A stretch of DNA of 64,000 nt from Candidatus Omnitrophota bacterium. Lineage in GTDB: Bacteria; Omnitrophota; Gorgyraeia; 2-02-FULL-51-18. The first letter of the stretch is position 1; the number at the start of each line of letters is the position of its first letter. Below, in pieces: positions 28,545 through 37,333 of this stretch. The notes beneath the pieces are model-generated. The model ran no database searches. It saw only the letters and a list, made by a program, of their open reading frames with translations, and was not told where the DNA came from. The position numbers were made by a program, and so were the translations under genes. The stretch lies in the NCBI GenBank assembly GCA_016197155.1, contig JACPWF010000015.1, positions 8,157-72,156 of the forward strand. Reading direction: 5' to 3'.

Positions 28545-29908
28545 TGTTCTCAAAAGTTCTGGTCGCCAACCGCGGTGAAATCGCGCTCCGCATCATCCGC
28601 GCCTGCAAGGAAATGGGCGTGCGGACCGTCGCGGTTTATTCCCAGCCCGACGCCAATTCCCCGCACGTGCACCTGGCCGACGAGGCGGTTTGCATCGGGG
28701 CGGCGCCGTCTTCGCAAAGTTATCTGAATATTCCGGCCATCATCAGCGCCGCCGAGATCACGGACGTCGACGCGATCCATCCGGGCTACGGATTTTTGGC
28801 CGAGAACGCCCACTTTGCGGAAATCTGCGAGTCCTGCCAGATCAAATTCATCGGCCCCTCGCCGTCGGCGATCCGCGCGATGGGCGACAAGATGGCTGCG
28901 CGCGAGACCATGCGGAAGATCGGGATCCCCATTATCCCGGGCACGCAGGAGGCCGTGAAAGACAAGGACGAGGCCCTGCGCTTGGCCAAAAAAATCAAGT
29001 ACCCCGTGATCATCAAGGCCGCGGCGGGCGGCGGCGGGCGCGGCATGCGCGTCTGCCACAACGAAGTGCGCCTGGTGAGCGCCCTCATGACGGCCCAGCA
29101 GGAGGCCGAGGCGGCGTTCGGCAATTCCGCGGTCTACATTGAAAAATACATTGAAAAGCCCAAACACATCGAATTTCAAATTCTCGCCGACACGCACGGC
29201 CACACGGTCCATTTGTACGAGCGGGACTGCACGATCCAGCGCCGGCACCAGAAACTTTTGGAGGAGGCCCCTTCACCGTCGGTGGACTGGAAGCTCCGGA
29301 AAAAAATGGGCGAGGTCGCCGTGAAGGCCGCGCGCGCGGTCAATTACGTGAACGCCGGCACGATCGAATTTCTGCTCGATGACGCGGGCAAATTTTTCTT
29401 TCTGGAAATGAACACGCGCGTGCAGGTCGAGCACGGGATCACGGAGCTGGTCACGGGCATCGACATCGTAAAGGAACAGCTCCGCATCGCCGCGGGCGAG
29501 AAGCTCTGCATCAAAAAGCAGGACAAGATCCCGCTCCGGGGCCACGCGATCGAGTGCCGCATCAACGCCGAAGACCCGGCGAATGATTTTGTGCCGTCTC
29601 CCGGCCGGATCGAGCGCTATCACGTGCCGGGCGGGCCGGGGGTCCGCATCGACAGCCACGCGTACGCGGGCTACACGGTTCTGCCTTTTTACGATTCGAT
29701 GATCGGCAAGCTCATGACGGTCGGGCGCAACCGCGGCGAGGCGATCGGCGTCATGCAGAGGGCGCTCGACGAATTCATCATCGAACCGATCAAGACGACG
29801 ATCCCCATTCACCGCGAGATTTTGAAGAATCCCGTGTTTCGCCGCGGCCAAATGCACACCGATTTCATCCCGCGAATGATGGGCGAGTGGGTAGAAAAGG
29901 AGAAATAA
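28544..29908 (+). CDS. accC: Acetyl-CoA carboxylase biotin carboxylase subunit.
   Basis: [25 protein letters not shown]...ATP-grasp GGGGRGMR...[10 protein letters not shown]. 454 aa. Confidence 0.9.
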   Translation: MFSKVLVANRGEIALRIIRACKEMGVRTVAVYSQPDANSPHVHLADEAVCIGAAPSSQSYLNIPAIISAAEITDVDAIHPGYGFLAENAHFAEICESCQIKFIGPSPSAIRAMGDKMAARETMRKIGIPIIPGTQEAVKDKDEALRLAKKIKYPVIIKAAAGGGGRGMRVCHNEVRLVSALMTAQQEAEAAFGNSAVYIEKYIEKPKHIEFQILADTHGHTVHLYERDCTIQRRHQKLLEEAPSPSVDWKLRKKMGEVAVKAARAVNYVNAGTIEFLLDDAGKFFFLEMNTRVQVEHGITELVTGIDIVKEQLRIAAGEKLCIKKQDKIPLRGHAIECRINAEDPANDFVPSPGRIERYHVPGGPGVRIDSHAYAGYTVLPFYDSMIGKLMTVGRNRGEAIGVMQRALDEFIIEPIKTTIPIHREILKNPVFRRGQMHTDFIPRMMGEWVEKEK

Positions 29909-29909
29909 A

Positions 29910-30926
29910 ATGAAGATAGGCATTTTGACGGGCGGCGGGGATTGCCCCGGGCTGAATCCGGTGATCCGCGCGGTGGTGCGAACGGCCCTTTTGAACCATG
30001 AGGAGGTCGTGGGCATCCGGAACGGGTGGAAGGGTCTTGTCGAGAATGAAACGCTTCCGCTCGACGCCAAAGCCGTGTCGGGCATTTTGCACCGCGGCGG
30101 CACGATCCTGGGCACGAGCCGCACGAATCCCTATAAAGAACCCGCCGCGCTCGAAAAATTGAAAAAGAATTTTAAAAATATCGATTCACTCATCGCCGTG
30201 GGCGGAGAAGACACGCTCGGCGTGGCCGCCAAACTTTTTAAGGAGGGTTTCAAGGTGGTCGGCGTGCCCAAAACCATCGACAACGATCTGTCGGGCACGG
30301 ATTTCACGTTCGGTTTCGACACCGCGGTGAATATCGCCATGGACGCCGTCGACCGCCTGCACAGCACGGCCGAGAGCCATCGCCGCATCATGGTGGTGGA
30401 GGTGATGGGACGCCACGCGGGATGGATCGCGCTTCACTCCGGCATCGCCGGCGGCGCGGACCTCATCTTGATCCCCGAGGTGCCGATCAAAATAGATGAA
30501 GTCACCGAGTCTATTAAAAAAAGGATCGCGCGCGGAAAAAATTTCAGCATCATCGTCGTCGCCGAGGGCGCCAAATTTGACGGCAACGAAGTGACTTTGG
30601 AGAAAAAACTCGACGCCTTCGGGCACGTGCGTCTGGGCGGCATCGGCGAGCTTCTGGCCAGGCGAATCGAGGAAGCGACGGGCTTCGAGACGCGCGTGAC
30701 GGTTTTGGGGCATGTTCAACGCGGCGGTAGCGCCACGGCGTTTGATCGGGTGCTGGGTTCGCGGTTCGGCCAGAAGGCGGTTGAGCTCGTCCGCAAGGGC
30801 CAGTTCGGCCAGATGGTCGCGCTGAAGGCCAACGAGATCGTCTCGGTCCCGATCGAGACGGCCGTCGGGAAACTGAAGACCGTCGACAAGGCTTTTTATG
30901 AAATGGCGCGCACTTTTTTTGGTTAA
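29910..30926 (+). CDS. 6-phosphofructokinase, likely PPi-dependent.
   Basis: MKIGILTGGGDCPGLN PFK N-terminus. The GGDGS motif reads GGEDT and PGTIDND reads PKTIDND, i.e. the Asp104/Lys124-type substitutions associated with PPi specificity. Confidence 0.75.
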   Translation: MKIGILTGGGDCPGLNPVIRAVVRTALLNHEEVVGIRNGWKGLVENETLPLDAKAVSGILHRGGTILGTSRTNPYKEPAALEKLKKNFKNIDSLIAVGGEDTLGVAAKLFKEGFKVVGVPKTIDNDLSGTDFTFGFDTAVNIAMDAVDRLHSTAESHRRIMVVEVMGRHAGWIALHSGIAGGADLILIPEVPIKIDEVTESIKKRIARGKNFSIIVVAEGAKFDGNEVTLEKKLDAFGHVRLGGIGELLARRIEEATGFETRVTVLGHVQRGGSATAFDRVLGSRFGQKAVELVRKGQFGQMVALKANEIVSVPIETAVGKLKTVDKAFYEMARTFFG

Positions 30927-30929
30927 AAA

Positions 30930-31493
30930 ATGAGAGACCTGATCGTCAAAAGCATCGAAGAAAACATCGCCGCGAAAAAAGCGGTGCTGGCCCAGCTTGT
31001 CCCGTCAATCGAAAAAGCGGCGAATCTCGTCGTGAAGGCGCTCCAAAACGGCAATAAGATCCTGTTTTTCGGGAACGGCGGATCGGCCAGCGACAGCCAG
31101 CACCTGGCGGCGGAGTTTGTCGGGCGTTACGAAAAAGAGCGGCGGGGATTGGCCTCGGTCGCGCTCACGACCGATACGTCCATTTTGACCGCGGTGGGCA
31201 ACGATTACGGTTTTGAAAAAATTTTTGAGCGGCAGGTCGAGTCACTCGGACGGCCGGGGGACGTGGCGGTCGGCCTTTCGACGACGGGCAATTCCAAAAA
31301 CGTGGTGCGCGGACTCGCCAGGGCCAAGGCGCTGGGACTGGTGACCATCGCGCTCACGGGGCGCACGGGCGGCGAGCTGAAAAATCTGGCGGACCTTTCG
31401 CTCATCGTCCCGTCGCAAAAAACGTCGCGCATCCAGGAATGCCACATCCTCATCGGCCACATCATCTGTGAACTCGCGGACACGCATTTTTGA
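30930..31493 (+). CDS. gmhA: D-sedoheptulose-7-phosphate isomerase (SIS domain).
   Basis: ILFFGNGGSASDSQHLAAEFVGRYEKERRGL...TDTSILTAVGNDYGFEKIF. Confidence 0.8.
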   Translation: MRDLIVKSIEENIAAKKAVLAQLVPSIEKAANLVVKALQNGNKILFFGNGGSASDSQHLAAEFVGRYEKERRGLASVALTTDTSILTAVGNDYGFEKIFERQVESLGRPGDVAVGLSTTGNSKNVVRGLARAKALGLVTIALTGRTGGELKNLADLSLIVPSQKTSRIQECHILIGHIICELADTHF

Positions 31494-31966
31494 TGGATTC
31501 CAAAATAAAATCCCCGCAAAAACTCTCCCGGCTTCTTTCCCGGCTCCGGAAAAAAAGGAAAAAAATCGTTTTCACGAACGGCTGTTTTGACCTGCTTCAC
31601 GTCGGGCACATCCGCTATTTGCGCCGCGCCCGCGCCCTCGGGGATCTTCTGGTCATCGGGCTCAACACCGACAAATCCGTGAGGGCCCTGAAAGGTTCCG
31701 GAAGGCCCCTGACGGCGCAGGGCGACCGCGCGGAGATCCTGAGCGCTCTGGCGTGCGTGGATTTCGTGACTTTTTTTCCGGAAAAAACGCCCGAGCGGCT
31801 GATCCGCGCCTTGCGCCCGGATATTTTGGTGAAGGGCGGGGACTGGAAAAAAGAGCGGATCGCGGGCGGCCGCTTCGTCGAGTCCTACGGGGGAAAGGTT
31901 CGATCCCTGCCGTTTATTCCGGGCCGCTCGACGACGGGTCTCCTCGATAAGATCAAAAAATTTTGA
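31490..31966 (+). CDS. D-glycero-beta-D-manno-heptose 1-phosphate adenylyltransferase (RfaE domain II / HldE C-domain; cytidylyltransferase fold).
   Basis: VFTNGCFDLLHVGHIRYLRRARALGDLLVIGLNTDKSV...ILVKGGDW. Confidence 0.75.
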   Translation: MMDSKIKSPQKLSRLLSRLRKKRKKIVFTNGCFDLLHVGHIRYLRRARALGDLLVIGLNTDKSVRALKGSGRPLTAQGDRAEILSALACVDFVTFFPEKTPERLIRALRPDILVKGGDWKKERIAGGRFVESYGGKVRSLPFIPGRSTTGLLDKIKKF

Positions 31967-32427
31967 TGACCCGCCGCCAGGTCCTGCGGATTCTCGACGC
32001 GAACCTGAACCGTTCGCGCGAAGGCCTGCGGGTTTGTGAAGAGATCGCGCGCTTTGTTCTCGAAGACGCGCCCCTGACGCGGGCCTTAAAAAAAGCGCGG
32101 CATGCCCTGAGTAAAGAAATCGGGCGGTTGCCCGTCGGCGTATCCGAGCTTTTGGCCGCGCGCGATGTCGCGCGGGACGTCGGAAAAGGGCCTTCGCCCC
32201 TTGAAAGCGGGAGGACCGGCGCCTGGGATCTTTTTTCGGCCAACATCGAGCGCGCGAAAGAATCGCTCCGGGTTTTGGAAGAGGCCTCAAAAATTTTGGA
32301 TAAAGATTCCGCCGCGCGATTCAAGGCGCTCCGTTTTAAAATTTATGCCATTGAAAAAAAATCTCTGCCGAAATTGGAAACTCTACGTCATCACCGACCC
32401 CGGTGCGCTCAAAGCCGCGTCGATTGA
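31963..32427 (+). CDS. Hypothetical 154-aa protein overlapping the thiE start in another frame (possible ThiE N-terminal-domain homolog).
   Basis: ORF MMTRRQVLRILDANLNRSREGLRVCEEIARF..., ATGA-coupled to the upstream gene. It overlaps the predicted thiE ATG (32345) by ~83 nt. Confidence 0.35.
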   Translation: MMTRRQVLRILDANLNRSREGLRVCEEIARFVLEDAPLTRALKKARHALSKEIGRLPVGVSELLAARDVARDVGKGPSPLESGRTGAWDLFSANIERAKESLRVLEEASKILDKDSAARFKALRFKIYAIEKKSLPKLETLRHHRPRCAQSRVD

Positions 32428-32980
32428 AGGGGCCGTCCGCCTGGCCGTCGAGGGCGGGGCAAGCGCGGTTCAATTGCGCGACAAAAAAGCGTCGAATGCC
32501 GAACTCATTAGTCTCGCGAAAAAACTGCTCGCGATCACGCGGCCGAAGGGCGTGCCGCTCCTCGTGAACGACCGCGCGCTCGTGGCGAAACTTTCCGGCG
32601 CGGACGGCCTGCATCTGGGACAGGGGGACGGGTCGCTCGCCAAGGCGAGGGCCCTTTTGGGCGAAGAGGCCCTCATCGGCCGCTCGACGCACAGCCCCGA
32701 ACAGGCGCTTGCGGCGGAAAAAGACGGTTTTGATTACATCGGAGTCGGGCCCGTCTTCGCGACGCCGACCAAACCCGGCGCCCAGCCGGTGGGTTTGGAG
32801 CTCGTGCGTTTTGCGGCGGCGAATGTCCGGATCCCCTTTGTGGCGATCGGCGGCATCGATGCCGGAAATATCCGGCAGGTGTCCGAGGCCGGCGCCAAAA
32901 CGGTGGCCGTGGTGCGCGCGGTTATGTGCGCGGAAGATCCCAAACGCGCCGCCGAAGATTTGAGGAAGCGATTAAAATGA
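32345..32980 (+). CDS. thiE: Thiamine-phosphate synthase.
   Basis: LYVITDP...VQLRDK...LLVNDR...GADGLHLGQGD...IGVGPVFATPTKPG...FVAIGGI. Confidence 0.8.
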   Translation: MPLKKNLCRNWKLYVITDPGALKAASIEGAVRLAVEGGASAVQLRDKKASNAELISLAKKLLAITRPKGVPLLVNDRALVAKLSGADGLHLGQGDGSLAKARALLGEEALIGRSTHSPEQALAAEKDGFDYIGVGPVFATPTKPGAQPVGLELVRFAAANVRIPFVAIGGIDAGNIRQVSEAGAKTVAVVRAVMCAEDPKRAAEDLRKRLK

Positions 32981-33885
32981 AATCGGAAAGAATACTCGCC
33001 GTGGGCTCCGTCGCGCTCGATTCGGTGGAAACCCCTTTTGGAAAAGTAAAGGACACGCTGGGAGGCTCGGCGAGTTTTTTTGGCGCCGCCGCGCGATTCT
33101 TTGCGCCGGTGTCGCTGGTCGCGGTGGTGGGGGAGGATTTTCCGAAGAAGCACCTGCGGCTTTTGGAAAAATGCGGGGTGGACATCGGAGGCATCGAGAC
33201 GGCGCGCGGAAAAACTTTTCGCTGGCGGGGGTTTTACGATTATGACCTCAACAACGCCCGCACCCTCAAAACCGAGCTCAACGTTTTTCAGTCGTTCAAA
33301 CCCAGGCTCTCCCCGGAGCATCGCGCCAGCCGCATTGTGTTTCTCGCGAACATCGACCCGGACATCCAGCGCGCGGTCTTGGACCAGGTCCGAAACCCGA
33401 GCCTCGTGGCCTGCGACACGATGAATTATTGGATCGAACACAAAAAGAAAAGTCTTCTGAAGCTTCTGGCGAGGGTGGATATTTTTCTCTGCAATGACAG
33501 CGAGGCGCGCGAGCTTTCGGGCGAATACAACCTGATCAAAGCCGCGCGGGGGATCTTGGCGCGCGGGCCGAGGCTCGCGCTGATCAAAAAAGGGGAGCAC
33601 GGCGTTTTATGTTTCTCCCAAAATTCCCTTTTTTCGGTGCCGGCTTATCTGCTCGAGAAAATTTTCGACCCGACGGGCGCGGGCGATTCCTTTGCCGGCG
33701 GATTTTTGGGCTATGTGTCCAAGTCGCCGAATCTGAGCGAGAGAGTGGTGCGCCGCGCGGTGATTTACGGGACGGTGCTCGCTTCCTACAATGTCGAGAG
33801 CTTTAGTCTCAGTCGCCTCGCGCGCCTGACTCCGGCGGAGATCGCCGGCCGGTACAAAGAATTTCAGAAGCTGACGCGGTTTTGA
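32977..33885 (+). CDS. PfkB-family carbohydrate kinase (ribokinase-like); candidate heptose-7-phosphate kinase.
   Basis: ILAVGSVALD...TLGGSASFFGAAA... and C-terminal DPTGAGDSFAGGF anion-hole motif. Confidence 0.6.
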   Translation: MKSERILAVGSVALDSVETPFGKVKDTLGGSASFFGAAARFFAPVSLVAVVGEDFPKKHLRLLEKCGVDIGGIETARGKTFRWRGFYDYDLNNARTLKTELNVFQSFKPRLSPEHRASRIVFLANIDPDIQRAVLDQVRNPSLVACDTMNYWIEHKKKSLLKLLARVDIFLCNDSEARELSGEYNLIKAARGILARGPRLALIKKGEHGVLCFSQNSLFSVPAYLLEKIFDPTGAGDSFAGGFLGYVSKSPNLSERVVRRAVIYGTVLASYNVESFSLSRLARLTPAEIAGRYKEFQKLTRF

Positions 33886-33890
33886 ATTTT

Positions 33891-33961
33891 GCGGGTGTAG
33901 TTCAGTGGTAGAATGAAAGCTTCCCAAGCTTTAGATGTGGGTTCGATTCCCATCACCCGCT
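33891..33961 (+). tRNA. tRNA-Gly (anticodon CCC).
   Basis: Cloverleaf folded by hand: acceptor GCGGGTG/CACCCGC, D-arm GTTC-AGTGGTA-GAAT, anticodon stem AAAGC/GCTTT with loop TTCCCAA, T-loop TTCGATT, discriminator T. No encoded CCA. Confidence 0.8.
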
Positions 33962-34004
33962 TTTTAATTTTAACCATAGGAATCAAAGAGAGCCGCGGCG
34001 CGGA

Positions 34005-34511
34005 ATGAGTCCCTTGAATTGCAAGAGATTTTTTTGGGTGTTCGTCGTTGCGGCGATTATTTTTTTGACGGGTTGCGCCCGGACAAGGTATCATAGCCCT
34101 TCGCCGTCCGCTCCGCCGGCGTTTGAGCCGGAGCCGGCGCAAAATTGGGCCGCTGAGCGCCAGTCCTTTATCTGGCCGGTGAAGGGGACCCTCGAGGTCC
34201 CCTTCGGCGCCAAGGACGAGGGGGTCACGACCAAGGGCGTTTGGATGCGAACGCCGGCGCGCGAAGCGCCCGTGGCGGCCGCGCGCGACGGCGTGGTGTC
34301 TCTGGTCGATGAAAAGTTTGGAAGTTTCGGGAAAACCGTGATTGTGGAACACCGCGATCATTGGGCCACGGTCTACGCGGGAAATTCCCAGATCCTGGTC
34401 GGGGTGGGGCAGAAGGTTCGTCAAGGTGAATGGATCGCCCGCGCGTCGCGGCTTTATTTTGAAATCAGAAAAAATTCGAAAGCGGAAAATCCGGTAGCTT
34501 ATGTTCAGTGA
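34005..34511 (+). CDS. M23-family peptidase lipoprotein.
   Basis: Signal peptide with LTGC lipobox. C-terminal M23 LytM-type domain (GKTVIVEH...ATVYAGNSQILVGVGQKVRQGEWIA). Confidence 0.7.
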   Translation: MSPLNCKRFFWVFVVAAIIFLTGCARTRYHSPSPSAPPAFEPEPAQNWAAERQSFIWPVKGTLEVPFGAKDEGVTTKGVWMRTPAREAPVAAARDGVVSLVDEKFGSFGKTVIVEHRDHWATVYAGNSQILVGVGQKVRQGEWIARASRLYFEIRKNSKAENPVAYVQ

Positions 34512-36177
34512 CCCCGTTGTCGGCGGCGATTTCTTCGGCCGCCAGGCGATTCTTGATCTCTTGGTCAAGCGCGCCAAGGCCCTCCGGTCGGGCTATCGCC
34601 AGAATGTCGCGATCATCGGCCATCAGCAGATGGGCAAGACCTCGATCCTCCGCCAGTTTTTGCATCTTCATCCCGACCCCGAAACCCTGGCCATGTATGT
34701 CGAGATCAAGCTCCAGGCGCTGGATTATTTTGTCGACCAGTTCACGCGCGCGCTCCTTTTTCAGGTGCTCATTCAAAAGGAAAAAGTCGATTCGACGGAG
34801 TCGCTTGAAAATCTCGCTGCCAAGGCCGCTCCCCTGATCCCCAAAACCGTCGAGCGCATCCACGAGATCGCGGGCCTCCTCAAACAGCGTCACGCCGAAG
34901 AGGCGTATTCGAAACTGTTCGCGCTCACGTCGATCGTGAAAGAGGAGACGGGGAAAAACTGCATCGTGATCCTGGATGAATTTCACCGTCTGGGCGAATT
35001 CGGGATCCGCAGCGCCTTTTCCGATTTCGGGAAGCGGATCATGGTCCAGAAGGAGACGATGTACGTTTTGGCCAGCTCCTCGTTTTCCGCCAGCCGGAAA
35101 ATTCTGGCCGAGAAACTGGCCCTGCTCTTCGGAAATTTTGAGCGGATCTATCTCGAACCGTTTGACTTCGGCACGTCGTTTGATTTCATCGACAAGGGCC
35201 TTCTGCCCGCGCGCATTCCGCGGCCCTTAAAATATTTCCTGGCCGCGCTCACGGACGGCCACCCGTTTTTTCTCCGGACGGTTGTTTCCAGGGTCCGGGA
35301 ATTGGCGGCGGCCAAGGCCGAGGCGGAAGTTTCGCGCCAAACGCTCGCGGAGACGCTCGCCCAGCTTTTGTTCGAATCGCAGGGCGTTCTTTACCAGTAT
35401 TTTCTGACGCTCATTTCTCCGTGGATGCGCTCGGACGTGCGGGGCAGTCAGATTTTAATTTTAGTCGAGCTGGCCAAAGGCAAGAGCCGGCTGAAGGACA
35501 TCGCGCGGGCGGTGAACCGCGGCCAAAAGGAAACTTCCGCCCAAATCAAGGAGCTCATGGAGTACGAGCTTGTCGTGAAAACGGGCGTTTTTTACCGGTT
35601 TCACAATAAGATCTTCAAGTTTTGGCTGAAAGAGGTTTATGAGAAAAAAGAACTCTCGCTTTTGGGCACGGTCGGCAAGCGCGAGGAATTCCTGTCTTCG
35701 ATGGATGAAAAATTTTCCGAGTTTGAGACACTGCTCGGAATGGATCCCTCGGACCGTCTTTTAAGCCTTTTTGGGTCTTTCCAAAATGACCTCGTCGAAT
35801 TCGGCGAGAAAAAAAGAAAACTGCCCCACTTCACCGAGATCTTAAAAACAGAGCCGGCCGCGAACCCCGTGCGGGGCTCCGCGCGCGAGATCATCGCCCG
35901 CGGTCACGGCCGCTGTTGGGTCTGCAAGGTCGTCGAAGAAAAGGCGGGCGAGAAAGACGTTTTGTCGCTCGTTTCCGGACCAAAGAAGTCGGGCACCGTG
36001 CCCACGCGCGTCTTTATCGCGCTGGGGGGGTTGGATGAAAACGCGAAGCTTTTGGCCAAAGAGAAGAAAATTTTTACGCTCGGCCTGTCGCGGGTCAATC
36101 TCCTGATGGATGTTTACGGCCAATCCCCGATCATGAACACTTACAGGGAATGTGACGAAGCAAAAAAACTTTCATAA
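34501..36177 (+). CDS. ATP-binding protein, Arch_ATPase-type P-loop NTPase (often paired with a DUF234-type C-terminal region).
   Basis: DFFGRQAILDLL...NVAIIGHQQMGKTSILRQF Walker A and ILDEFHRL Walker B. 558 aa. Confidence 0.6.
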   Translation: MFSDPVVGGDFFGRQAILDLLVKRAKALRSGYRQNVAIIGHQQMGKTSILRQFLHLHPDPETLAMYVEIKLQALDYFVDQFTRALLFQVLIQKEKVDSTESLENLAAKAAPLIPKTVERIHEIAGLLKQRHAEEAYSKLFALTSIVKEETGKNCIVILDEFHRLGEFGIRSAFSDFGKRIMVQKETMYVLASSSFSASRKILAEKLALLFGNFERIYLEPFDFGTSFDFIDKGLLPARIPRPLKYFLAALTDGHPFFLRTVVSRVRELAAAKAEAEVSRQTLAETLAQLLFESQGVLYQYFLTLISPWMRSDVRGSQILILVELAKGKSRLKDIARAVNRGQKETSAQIKELMEYELVVKTGVFYRFHNKIFKFWLKEVYEKKELSLLGTVGKREEFLSSMDEKFSEFETLLGMDPSDRLLSLFGSFQNDLVEFGEKKRKLPHFTEILKTEPAANPVRGSAREIIARGHGRCWVCKVVEEKAGEKDVLSLVSGPKKSGTVPTRVFIALGGLDENAKLLAKEKKIFTLGLSRVNLLMDVYGQSPIMNTYRECDEAKKLS

Positions 36178-36193
36178 CATTGACCGCGTCTGG

Positions 36194-37333
36194 ATGGAAA
36201 AAGAGGAGCGGCGAACGCTCGCTCCCTACGCCAACCGGAGCGCCGAAAGCCGCGGCCGCCTTTATCCCGAGCCCGAACACCCTTATCGCACGGCCTTTCA
36301 AAGAGACCGCGACCGCATCATTCACAGTTCCGCTTTCCGCCGCTTGGAATACAAAACCCAGGTGTTCGTCAATCACGAAGGGGACTATTACCGCACGCGC
36401 CTGACGCATTCCCTCGAGGCCAGCCAGATCGCCCGCGTGTTGGCCAAGACGCTGGGCCTCAACGCCGATCTCGTCGAGACGATCACGCTCGCCCACGATT
36501 TGGGGCACACGCCGTTCGGGCACGCGGGCGAGGACGAACTGCGCGAGCTCATGAAAGACCACGGGGGATTTGACCACAACCTGCAAAGCCTGCGCATCGT
36601 GGATTATCTGGAAGAGCGCTACCCGGGTTTTCGGGGGCTGAACCTCACCTACGAATCGCGCGTCGGTCTCTTCAAGCACCCGGAGCTTGCGGCCGAGGCC
36701 CGCGCCCGCGGGATGGGGCCGTTCGAACCTTTTAAGTCGCCCTCTCTCGAGTCCCAGGTCGTGGATATTGCCGACGAAATCGCGTATGATAATCACGACA
36801 TCGACGACGGCCTGGCCTCGGGCCTCCTGGACGAGAGGGAACTCGACCGCGTGGAGCTTTGGAGATCCGTCAAAAAAAAGATCGGGATCTCTTCGAGTCT
36901 AAAGGCCGAGGTGAGACGCTATCAGGTGATCCGCTCGCTCATCAATCTCGAGGTGACGGATCTTTTGCTTCAATCGCAAAAAAATATCCGCCGGTCGGGC
37001 ATCCGAAGCGCGGGAGAGGCCATGCAGGCCGGCCGTTTTCTTTTATCGTTCGGCGCCCCCGTCAAGGCGCGGAGGGAAGAGCTGAGAAATTTTCTCAAAG
37101 AGAAACTGTACCGGCACTACCGTGTGGTGCGGATGAGCGACAAGGCGCGCCGTTTTATCCGCGCCCTTTTTCAGGTGTACCTGGCGCGCCCGGAGCAACT
37201 GCCTCCGGGAAGCCAAAAACGATTGAAAAAAGAGGGCGCCCATCGCGTGATCTGTGATTACATCGCCGGCATGACGGACCGTTACGCGCAAGGCGAGTAC
37301 AAAAAATTTTTCGAACCTTTTGAAAAAGTATGA
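36194..37333 (+). CDS. dgt: Deoxyguanosinetriphosphate triphosphohydrolase-like HD phosphohydrolase.
   Basis: LAPYA..SRGRLYPEPEH...FQRDRDRIIHS...RTRLTHSLEASQIARVL...LAHDLGHTPFGHAGE. Start placed at ATG 36194 (MEKEERRTL). Confidence 0.8.
   Translation: MEKEERRTLAPYANRSAESRGRLYPEPEHPYRTAFQRDRDRIIHSSAFRRLEYKTQVFVNHEGDYYRTRLTHSLEASQIARVLAKTLGLNADLVETITLAHDLGHTPFGHAGEDELRELMKDHGGFDHNLQSLRIVDYLEERYPGFRGLNLTYESRVGLFKHPELAAEARARGMGPFEPFKSPSLESQVVDIADEIAYDNHDIDDGLASGLLDERELDRVELWRSVKKKIGISSSLKAEVRRYQVIRSLINLEVTDLLLQSQKNIRRSGIRSAGEAMQAGRFLLSFGAPVKARREELRNFLKEKLYRHYRVVRMSDKARRFIRALFQVYLARPEQLPPGSQKRLKKEGAHRVICDYIAGMTDRYAQGEYKKFFEPFEKV

Noticed and set aside
32165-32345. Upstream extension of thiE in the ORF track.
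   Set aside because: The extension lacks ThiE homology and overlaps the preceding ORF. The ATG at 32345 gives a standard-length ThiE.
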